From NCBI GenBank assembly GCA_965649765.1, contig OZ287749.1:74896001-74960000 (forward strand): a DNA stretch of 64,000 nucleotides, read 5' to 3'. A program made the translations under genes and the position numbers. Below, piece by piece: positions 41,950 through 52,760 of this stretch; the stretch's first letter is position 1, and every line of letters begins with the position of its first letter. This DNA comes from Bispira polyomma (taxonomy: Eukaryota). Under the pieces are notes generated by a model. That model worked only from the letters and a program-made list of their open reading frames with translations, did not search any database and was not told the DNA's origin.

Positions 41950-42330
41950 ACTTGAAAGGTGGTGATTACTGCATGTCGCCATTCATAAATCTTGGTGCCA
42001 AGAAAACAACTAAAACACGGGCCCGCATACAACTATTTCGGTCACAATATTGTGTTCAGTAATCACCGGCAAAAAAAATACTGGGGCCAACAAAATAACT
42101 CTCTTGAGCAGTCGGCATTGGCACAGATTTATGTTAATTAGCTGAGCTGGCCTGGGCCAACTCAGCGAACAGCATTCGTTGTTTTAAGCTCCACTAATTA
42201 CCCACTAAAATGACCGAGAGAGAAAACAGATGCGTGGGATAATTTGAAGTGGGGGGCGTGCATGAGCCGTGATTTACGACACCGATGTCATAACCGATTT
42301 GCGATTTTTGACTCGTGAATGCTATTTATT
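41950..42330. promoter_or_regulatory. Candidate intronic enhancer / structured non-coding element
   Basis: CpG-rich island with Pbx-Hox-type TGATTTACGA (42270-79), AGATTTATG twice, TAATTA twice, NFI half-sites, a Sox-type palindrome and inverted repeats. Confidence 0.5.
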
Positions 42331-44124
42331 TCTTTATTATCAACCCTAATATATTTTTAAACAGTGAACTGTATATGTAATTTCAGCAGACAAATATTCT
42401 TAAATATGGACCTAAGTTAAACTTGATAGATATTTAATTTAACATTTCCAATGTTTACTAGCTACTACTATAGATAAAGGTAAATTTTTTTTTTTTAATC
42501 TTTTAACTTGCAAATCTCTGTAGAAAACTTGTTTCACATGAATATAAAACAAAATAAATTAGAATCAAACTTAATTTAACTACCCTAAATGCCTCACTAA
42601 ATATCACATGTAATTATAAAAGGGATAATTTGTACAGTCTATAGTTTTCACCCATAAAGTTTACCCTATTCTACCTTCTGTATCAATTTGAAAGAATAAG
42701 AAAAAAGAACCAATCTCTACCCTGTTCCACACATATTGCTACCAGTATGGCTGTTTTTACTACCCTTCTAATCTCAACTCCTCGTGATTATTGCTCATTC
42801 ATAAGCAATTAGATCTCCTTCCACACACCACACTTAGTAATTATAATATTGGTGTTCAATAAAGGGAGACCAAAAAAAACACTTCTTCAACCTGCCTTCC
42901 CCCTCAGCACTTCAGACTGAGTCTTCTAATTACTGTACCATGTAGTGACAATTAATATTGTAACCCATCAAATGGACCATTGTGTTTCTGTGTAGTCATC
43001 CATATAACACAGGCTGTCATGAATCTATACAAGCACATGTGGGTTTTTTTTTAACGCTATCAAAATTTACTACTGAACATTTTTCTTCTTCTACACAATC
43101 AAGGGTGTTTTTTGTGTCTTTATAGGTTATTAAATAAATCATTAGTCTTTTCCAAGATTTCTATGATATAATTAATGAATATTACCTTCTCAATTAAATA
43201 TAGTAATTAAATAGTGAATTTTATTGTCTTATTATCTAATTGGATGGCTTTAAAAAATGGTTTCTGATATTTTTCTCCAGTGGTTTTGATAGATATTACT
43301 ATCTTTATCATTTGAACCTAAAGCCCCGTTCTTATTTTTCTGATACTTGATTAATGGAATCATTAATTCCGGGATGTCTGTGTGTAAATCGTGTTAGGTA
43401 CTACTCATTGTACCTGATCATCTCTACGGTCCTTTTTGTTATTCTATTTGCTCCATGGTGGGGATAAACATTTATATATTGTTGTTGTCAATACAATACA
43501 ATACTTTATTATATACCTCTGAAAACGTTCTTATACATTAGATCTAATAAACCTTTAACATTTAATAGAAACTGTTGCCCCAATAAATAATATTCTATTG
43601 CCTTTCAAAAACATTGTCTATTTTGCTTAAATGATGTTGAGGAGTAACTTTGTAGTTCCTTAGTAGAATCATTAATGAACATAATAGTTATTGTTTTTTT
43701 CTAAAATTATTTTAAACATCTATGGGGGGTTAATATTATGATTACCATATTTGTTGTAGCAAACACCTTCTTGTAAATAAATACTGATATGGTTTTTTAA
43801 TTACTTTATCTTACTTGAATATACATGTATGTATATAATACTAACACACATATTCATATTCCAGTAAAAACAGCACAAACATTTACAAAACCCCCAAGAA
43901 ATACACACACAACTGTACAAGAGGGTATTCTTAACTATGAATTTAGTTGATATTGATATTTTAACTAAAAATAGCAAACCATGAAGATTCATAATTGTGA
44001 AACCTTTTTGAAATGTTGTATAAATTAGTTGCATAAATTTTTTTCGCAGTAAAAATTCCTCTTCAGTAAGTACACATACACATATACATACATATCTAGG
44101 TGATTACATCTGTATGGACCTTAC

Positions 44125-44649
44125 CTGTTGTAAACAAGACTATCGCCTTCAAGCACGAGTACTCCGCCGAATCCACGTGGAGTGCCTTTAACTTCTCCAC
44201 CTGTTCCTGAAAGATTCGTATGTGGTCCATGAAGGCGACCACTCGGTCGGCGGCCATTGGGGAGGCATGTAGTCCGGCCGCCGCCAGTAGCGGGGCCACG
44301 TGCAGGGGCATGGCACTCTGCGCGGCATTCAACACGAACAGCTCACTCCATGCGAGACGTAACAGCGCCACCTGGTCCGTGACCTGGAGATCGGGAAAGA
44401 AGGGGATGTTCCGCGCCCACTCCACGGCCGAGAATAGCAGTCGGGCAGCGAGTTCGCAGATGTTCTCGATGCCCATGATGTTGTTGGGCTGCATGCACTG
44501 TCCATAGCGAGATGTCGGGTAGGGCTCGGCACGCAGCAGCATGGAGATGAAACTGGACAGGTAGGTGGTGCCATTGAGGGGGTCACCGTTCAGCCCGGGG
44601 TAGTGGGGGAAGCCAGGTTGGGTCGGGGGGATGCGGCCCCTCTGGACTG
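44125..44649 (-). CDS. NR2F: COUP-TF coding exon 2 (hinge + N-terminal part of LBD)
   Basis: Acceptor ttcctttgcag|CA with a CTAAC branch point at 44667-44663. Reads (A)[49 protein letters not shown]...[48 protein letters not shown]...[10 protein letters not shown]. Donor ACA G|GTAAGG. 525 nt, phase 1-1. Confidence 0.97.
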
Positions 44650-47600
44650 CTGCAAAGGAACGGTTAGCAAAGCCTACTTTACATACTTATACCACAAATT
44701 TAGGGATGTCATTGACCGCGACAAATACATATGAGTCGTGTGTTTCTATATAAGAGCTATTATATATATATATATATTGATTGTATACAAATGGAAAATG
44801 TTCCACAGGAATTCATTATTCATCTTAGCAAATGAGTTAGTAGTGACAGTGAAAATGAATTTGACGTTTTGAACTTAAAAAAAAATTGACATTTTAACTT
44901 ACAAAATTATCTCAAATATTACTTTGGTGCTGATTTATTTATAGATTCTTAAATAACATAAAGGGTCTTAAAAATATAAACGGAAGCAAGTAATAATTAG
45001 AACTATGTGTTGATCAAAATATTAGTTTTACCTAAATCAAACCAGAGTTTATAATTTTGACCCTCTGCAAAGATAAACAAAACAATAATAAAACAATCTT
45101 GACTCAGGTGCACTTCACTATTTAGACGTTGTCTAACTAAAGATGGAAAGCAAAGTTTCTAATAATGGATATCAATTTTATATCTTAGTTATTACATAAA
45201 CTAATACTTTTTCAACAAAACTGAAGTTGGCTGCAAGCCTGGAAATGGTATAGAACTTACATAAAATTTACATTTAAGTTAGTGATATGTGTGTGATCCT
45301 CCAACTATAAGATAACTTTCTAACACTTATTTTTTATCTAAATAAGTACTAAATATTCATATTAATATAATATAGCCTGTTATGTGTAATTGAAATTTCA
45401 GAATAATTATTATTATTATGTAATGAAGAAAAATATATGTTACACATACTTACACTGCCTTTTTCAAGAGAGAGTTTCCAACCAAGAAAAGCAAATCATA
45501 TACTAATAAAGTAAAATCCACACAAGTATATATAAATATTATCTTATTTAACAATAATTTAAAAAATTTATATATCCAAGAAAAAACAAAAGAAGAAAAA
45601 CAGAATAAACAATAAAAAAAAAAACGGATTGTAGGAAAAAAACCACCATTATTTGTATTCTCATACTGGGAAATATAACATGTGAAATTATCAGTGTATG
45701 AAGCCTAACAAGATAAAAGTAAAATAAAAACAGTGGCCCAAATAAAACCACCCCAGTAATCTGGTTAGTACAAGGCTGTGCTCTGTACACTAATACACTA
45801 TTTAAAGTTGAAAAACTACACTATTATTGTGCGAGTTAGAACTTCATAAGGGAAAGAAAGAGGAAAAATATACATATATCTACTAATGCCATATTTTTGC
45901 AAGTATGTAGGTCTAATCAAAAGATATACATGTGTGTATTATGCAATGTGGGTGGTTTTGGGGGAAAACGCAAATTAAAAGAACAAGAAGAAATGGCTTA
46001 TATAGAAGAAAGTATAGAATCCAGTGTGTGTGTGTGTGTGAGGGGTAATAGACAGATAAGTGAAGGACAGGAAGGTTAGATTAGGTAACAAAAAACAATG
46101 AAATGTATGAACAATCATATGGATTTGTTGGTGAGGTAATTATATTGATATATATATAGCTTTAGGCCCAGAAATAGATAGAAGTAGAGTCAAACAAAAC
46201 TAAAGGGAGTTGTAATAATTTTGTTATATTTTAAAGGCTAAGTTGTTGTGTATTCTTTGCTATGTTGTAATTTTTTGGGGACATATAGCTAAATGAACAA
46301 TTTACGTAAACTGCTGAATAAAATATGCAACAGGACACAAATAGACTGTCAACTGCAGTTCACTTTTGATTACTTAACTGGATGAGGCTCATAGTTTCGT
46401 TAAAGTCATCAGCATACAGTGAATGAATACGTTTTTGTCATTACTATATACTAGTATTATCAAACCTATGGCCAATTTTATAATTTCATAGCATGTAGTG
46501 CTATAAATACTAACAAGAAAAAAAGAAATACTTCCTTCCTGGGTTTGAATATTACAACAAGTATTGGATTATGTTAGCAGTACTACTGTTCTTTATCAAT
46601 GGCATTTACAGACAGATGAAGTGATGATACTATTTCTCGTCACTCGGTTTTGGATGAAATATACATCATTCCGGAAAAACAAAGTATTGTCTTTGTGCAA
46701 TGAAGCTGTTTGTCAAGTATTGTTTTTTGTTGTTGCTAGAAATATGCAACGAAAACAAGAGGCAACAAAGGACTTGGCTTGGGGCAATTGTGTAACTTAT
46801 GCAGTTGTGTGATTTGAAAAACACAGTACATGTACATTGTACTAGCATCCATTTGAACAGTATATTTACTTACAGAAAATGTTTGCTCAACCCTTTTTGA
46901 TACAATTATAAGATTTGCTCACAATAGCTTTCTGTTGGTCAACATTTCTCTAATAATTTTCAAATGTCCAAAGTCATGTATTGAGAATTTAAATTTATGT
47001 TTTCAAGAATATATGGTCATTGATACGTGCAACCAAATAAAGTCAAATGTGTAAATTTATGAGACGACATGTCTGTTTCCCAAGTGCAATTTGTTAAAAC
47101 ATATATATGAAAGAATCTGCCACTCATTTTAAAGAAATTGGTGTATTTATTGAATTATGTGCAGATACAAAAGGCAACACTATATGCTATAAAAGAGAAA
47201 AGTGTAAACTGGCATAAAGTATATCTGTAAATTAATTATTTTTACTTGTGTAGTAAGAACCACTGCTGGAGAACCCACATTTTCTTTGACAATTTGCTTA
47301 TTATTAAAATCTGGAGACAAAGCCTAGGCATTGTTACTACTTATTTAAAATAGTATAAAATTTTGTATAAAGCTTAATATATGAACCATATTAGTAGTAA
47401 TAGTATAGTATAGTGGTATTATAAATAAGAACTGTGTTGTTACTGATATACTTTTGTGTTATTTCCTTGGATAGGACTTTCTAACAACACTTTTAATGTA
47501 TATATATATATATATAGCTAATTTATGTACATAATATTGTATGTGTTACATCCTAGTAAAAGTTGTTTTTCTGGTTGCACTGTATTGTGGGAAGGACTAC

Positions 47601-48809
47601 CAGTTACTGGCTCACTCCCTGACACATGATGTGTTATATAATCAACTACTACTACACTAACTTTCCATCTCAGCTGAATATATTATTATCCAGGGTCATG
47701 ACTATAGAAAGCTGTGCATTTGGTTAGCATAATGTGATTCTAGGAAATATTGTGTGTTGGTATATGATGGCAAAGTTCTATATTACTGTTACATATGCAC
47801 CGAAAAAGGGTAATTGTAGTAGTATTGATAAACCCTAATACCTTTTGCTTTAACATTTTCCGGCTTTGGTTCAATGAAACATGAATTCAAAAATCTCAAC
47901 AACTAATATGAACCCCACCTTCTTAAAGAAGCAACTCTGTACAATCAATTAATGGACAGCCTCATTTAAATTACTGTATTGCATGTTAACCAAGCAGGAA
48001 TTGTTGCATTTTGAAACAACTTAAAATCAAAAATATGTCCACAACTCTATGATAATTTAAATCAACTTAATTACCAAGAGCTTGATTTAGTTAACTTTGA
48101 TTGAGCTAACTTTGAAAAATGCTGACTTGGAGTTCAAATATTTTCTTTATCCAACCTTATCAAAATAGTAAAATAGTTTCATATGTCTGGTATATACTAC
48201 TTTTTAGAGAAATAAATATATCCATATCCATACATGTGTTGATTTTGATTCTCTTTTAACAAGAAACTATTGTAAAAGATACAGTAAACACATTCAGTAT
48301 TGAAAAAGGTACATGCAACCAACTGCTTGAAAGTATTCAGTTTCTATATTTCAGTTGTTCATGAATGTGTTGTATATGTATTTTTAGCTCAGCCTTATCT
48401 CACATGAATTCTGCTGGAGTGAACATAAACAAGGTCAAAGTATATGGGTAATGTGTCATTCCACTCCCCTCCCCCACCGTACAGCCATGCTACAAGTACA
48501 GACCCTATGCAGCCTCCCAGGGGGTAGGGATGTGTGCAGACCTGCAGTTATATGGGAGTGTTTTTATATATTATTTAAATACAGACGAGATTCCTCCCTT
48601 GGTGAATGTTGTTATTTTTACACTGTATTATCTATGTATAGAAGCGTGCTTGTTATATACAATAGTAAAACTTAGAACAAATATATCCAGATAAAATATA
48701 TCCAGCTCAAAAAATTGTACCACAAGATTTTGTGATGAATTTATATTAGGCAAATGTAGTTGTATTTGTTAATGTAGTAAGAGTCTAAAATATTAGTGTA
48801 TGTACACAT

Positions 48810-48975
48810 GTACTAAGCGGCTTGCGTCATCAGACGTCCGATTTGCGGCTGCGATTTTTTCTCTCCTCATATATTTTGTTTATTTGTTCACATGTATCAG
48901 ACTGCGAATTGCGACTCACGATTTGCGGCTTCCGAATGCGAACTTTTCGCTCCAGGACCGAAAAAATCAGATGAG
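48810..48975. mobile_element. CpG-rich probable DNA-transposon remnant
   Basis: Abrupt CpG-rich patch with a repeated CGATTTGCGGCT (48839, 48919) in an AT-rich intron. Confidence 0.35.
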
Positions 48976-50639
48976 AGTATAAAATTGCACTGTTTTAAGT
49001 CTTGCTATTTGTTAGCAGACCTACCTATAAAGGATTAACTTTCTGACAGTTAATACTTAATATACATCCTTAGATACCCTATGTATGTGTGACATAAAAT
49101 GGAGTCATGCTGTGGTATTTGTTGACAATCTGTTATTAGAACCTGGTTCATATTTTAGTTGTGTAGTATAGTAGCTTTTGGAGGTTTAAAGATAGTGTTT
49201 GTATTGTGTTTATACATTGTCTGTAATTTTTTGTTCAGGCTATATACTTGATGGACAAATCTAAAAGAATAAACCAGATAGAATTTAGAAAAAAAAACTT
49301 GTAAAATATTAACAATGTTTCATAGTAATTTAAGGAACCACTTCTAAAAATGACAACTGTATTGGTAATTTAGAGGAGCAAACAAAACGAAATAGCTATT
49401 AGAATATTAGTTATTATATTTCCTGGAAGAAACTCAAAGACAATATAAGAGGAAAAATGGCCAAAAACTCTAACAGGGCAATGATTGCATGTATGAGTAG
49501 TATTGCAGTACAGTGGTATAGTATATAAAGTGTAAACTAATCCGGGCTGTGTGTTTTAAGGTAGTTCTCAATGTTTATTAGAAGTGATAGGTGCATGCTG
49601 TGACTGGGGATAGAATTCACCCTCCTCTCTTGGAGAGAGCTTTCTCTGGTAAAAATGAAAGAAATGGAACTGGAGAAGTTTTGCTATTTTCTATAGAACT
49701 GTAATAATAATATCTCACCCAAGAAAGAAACAGCCAAAAAATCCCTATGTGAGTCAGTGTGTGTAACTAACAGACACATTTTATAGTAAATATAATTTCT
49801 GTACAGATATATAGAGAAAGGTGATGCAGAAACAAAACTCAGGATGTATAGTAGAAAGAAGATATAATTTAGTTTTTTTCTTCACACAAGAAGAGCAAAA
49901 CTGCACAATACACACACAGAGAGAAAGTTAAAACTAGTTTATCAGTCAGTGATGACAAACAAGTTCCATATACACCAGAAGCACGAAACAGTGCAGAGAT
50001 TAGAAATAGTACATTTAGTGTGTGAGTATAAAGGTTTGGTTCGTCCCATTTATAGATGGAAAATGGGGAGGTGGGTGAAGAAATGAGGTGTGTTTGAAAT
50101 ATCTCACTTGAAACTTGCTTTTTGAGATGATAAAGTCAAGTTTTGTGTTTCTTGTTTCTACCATCTGTCTATGTGTGTGTGTGTTACTTCAGTGTTTTAG
50201 TGTATTTTTTTGTTGGTACTGAATTTTAGAGGGTTTTATGCAAGGTGCAAGAGAAAACAAAACAGAACACCATCCCATCTGATAAAAGAAAAGGCCAAAG
50301 CATAAAGTGGTTTATGTGTCCCTCAAGACCAGGCCTTTTTAATGTCTTTCAGAGGAGGTTTTCAACAGGAACTTATAGAGTTACAATTTATTCCCCTGGA
50401 TTCGGACATTGCATTAGCCCTAGGGGCAACATAATGTGAAATATGAGACTGTTATCAGGAAATATTTTGTATTGTATTTGGTGTAAGAAACATAACTTTG
50501 TCATGCTTATGAGAGTTTCTAAATTGATTTTTGATTATTATGCCAATGTGTCAATTGAAATTTTGAAGAAATAGGTAGATAAATGTTTAGAATTTTAAGT
50601 TAGAAAATAAAATATTATCACTGGTTTGCATATCTCTTC

Positions 50640-50997
50640 CAAAATACAGTAATACATGTGTTGAGAGTTTCATTGCAATTTTTTTAATTTCAAAACACAG
50701 TAATACCTGTTTTGAGAGTTTCTTGCAAGTTTGTTAATTCCTAAAACCAGTAATACCTGTTTTTAGATTTTTGTTTCAATTTTGTTAATTTCAATAACAC
50801 AGTAATACAAGTTTTGAGAGTTTTGTTGCAATTTTGTTAATTCCAAAAACACAGTAGTATCTGTTTTGAGAGTTTTGTTGCAATTTTGTTAATTGCAAAA
50901 AAAAAGCAATACCTGTTTTGAGAGGTTTGGTGCAATTTTGTTAATTTCAAAAAAACAGTTTTACCTGTTTTGAGAGTTTTGATGCAATTTTGGTAAT
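50640..50997. repeat. About 51-52-bp minisatellite, about 7 copies
   Basis: Unit approximately AAAACACAGTAATACCTGTTTTGAGAGTTTTGTTGCAATTTTGTTAATTTC. Confidence 0.92.
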
Positions 50998-51128
50998 AAA
51001 TTAATGATTTTTTTTTTTTTTGATTTTTTTCAGAAAGCCTATATAGATAGCATCTTTCTTTATATACAAATAATACAAGATATGAACGATAATTAATATA
51101 ACAATTATTAATAAATCATTCTTTATAC

Positions 51129-51600
51129 CTTCTCTCCTCATTCCACTTTTCAAACACTTTTTCAGCCTGCAGTATTGACATTGATTCCTATGGTGTATGT
51201 CAATTGGACAGTTCCTATTCCCACGACACGTATACGTCAGATTCCGCCTGACGGAGCGTTTAAAAAAGCTTTTACATCCTTCGCAAGTGTATTGTCCGTA
51301 ATGCTTTCCACTGCTTTTGTCTCCACACACAACACACTCGATATTCTGACTTTTACTCTCGGAGTTCGGACTCTCAACAGAGTTATTGTTATTCGTCCCA
51401 TTCGGGGTGGAGTCTGTACTGCTGCTTAATGATGGTTGGCTGTTCTGAGAATGCGGATGGTTCGGCACCGGAACCACGGTCAGCGGAGGCACCGGTTGCT
51501 GTGGGGTAACTGGATTGGGTGGCCCGACTGTGAGGTCATCTGGAGGACTTCCCCAGGCAGTGGGAGTGGCACTCACTGAGGACATAGCCATGTTGGTCAT
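51129..51600 (-). CDS. NR2F: COUP-TF/seven-up nuclear receptor, coding exon 1 (A/B region + two-zinc-finger DBD)
   Basis: Translation MTNMAMSS...[70 protein letters not shown] is a C4 nuclear-receptor DBD with the NR2F P-box CEGCKS. It ends at GAA G|GTATAA (donor GT at 51128-51127), phase 1. The second ATG (51591, MAM...W) resembles the MAMVV..W start of chordate COUP-TFs and may be the true start. Confidence 0.97.
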
Positions 51601-52279
51601 CTGGATGGAGATAGAAATTTGTCACAAACCTCCTGGAAAAAAATGAACAAACACCACAAGCCCACTTAGTTTTTGTTTTCTCCAATTGTCAGTCCTATTT
51701 TTATGATTCAGAGAATATATATTAAAATAATCCACTTGAATAAAAGAATAAAGTTTGTCTTTTTGTGAAAAAAACAAGTGTGCCAGATTATTGTTTAATT
51801 TCTTTTTCTTTCTTTTATCCAAATTGCATTGTGACCATGAGTATATTTTTCATCTGTCTCATCGAAAATAACAAAAGCAAAATGAAATCTATTTCAAGAT
51901 GTTATATATAATAAGGTGTGTTAGTTTTTTTTTATCACCCAAACATCTTTCCAAATAATCTTTTAGCTAGCAACATCTCTCTTCAACAACTTCTTGGCAC
52001 ATAAATGATGATTTGTATATTAACTTTTCTTCTTCCTCCTCCCTCTCTAAAAAATTGTCGTCTGCAGCTCTGGTGTAGTTTTTGGCGTAAAGCGGGTGAG
52101 GTAACCTTGGCGCGTGTGTGTCCCTCCCACTTTCAGTAAAGTGTGAGTCCAAGACCCACCACCAAACACTGTCCTGATGAACACATCTACTGCTACACCT
52201 ACTCTACTATACACAGGCGGAGTTTTAGGCAGCAAAGACACACAACAACAACCTAACAGACCACACACACAAAAAAGGC

Positions 52280-52628
52280 TGCCTTGTGTTGTTGAATGGT
52301 GATTGTTGTCTGTGTTATATAGCTCCTCGAAGAGATCTCTCCCGACACACTCTCTCTTGCTCTGACATATAACTTCAGACTACCAGGTTTCCATGGCCAC
52401 TTTTCCTTATAAGGGGCGACATGTCAAGGAGGTTGGGGCCTCCCCTTTGCTTTACATATGACAATTAGAGGGCAAATGATGGGGCCCCTTGGTCTAAAGG
52501 TGCGGCCCTAACACGTTCCTATTGGTTGTTTACTTTCACTTTTTTATGATGGGCGCCCTGCCAATCTCAAGCCGTCTGGTATTCCTGCGCGCGGTAGTGG
52601 GAGGGGGGACTACTTTTCCAACACTCCT

Positions 52629-52667
<39 letters not shown>

Positions 52668-52760
52668 CTCTCTCCAGCCGCGAGCAAATGATTGGCAGAG
52701 AATTGATTTTCTTTTTGGTGGTAGTAGTTTGTGTAATGCCCGTTAGATGGCGTCTAGGTG
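52280..52760 (-). promoter_or_regulatory. Putative NR2F proximal promoter
   Basis: GC/CpG-elevated block upstream of the ATG. TATATAA on minus (52321-52315), perfect CArG box CCTTATAAGG (52405-52414), three CCAAT boxes (52521-25, 52561-65, 52691-95), GAGA repeat (about 52633-52673). Confidence 0.6.
52633..52673. repeat. (CT)n/(GA)n microsatellite in promoter
   Basis: Directly visible. Confidence 0.95.

Larger units (their letters stand above)
15622..44124 (-). other. NR2F intron 2 (28,503 bp, GT-AG, phase 1)
   Basis: Bounded by the donor and acceptor above, at the LFT(T/S)|D position. No residues are missing relative to the family, so no further constitutive coding exon is needed. Confidence 0.93.
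44650..51128 (-). other. NR2F intron 1 (6,479 bp, GT-AG, phase 1)
   Basis: Bounded by the donor and acceptor above, at the E|A position after the DBD, as in vertebrate NR2F genes. Confidence 0.93.

Noticed and set aside
44220-44586. Overlapping alternative-frame and antisense ORFs on exon 2 (likewise 15288-15653 and 51175-51429)
   Set aside because: Expected shadows of GC-rich coding exons, with no recognisable domains.
44650-51128. Cassette micro-exon in intron 1 (an insertion after the DBD is, as I recall, described for sea-urchin COUP-TF)
   Set aside because: I could not find a convincing phase 1-1 exon with good splice sites by eye. RNA-seq is needed.
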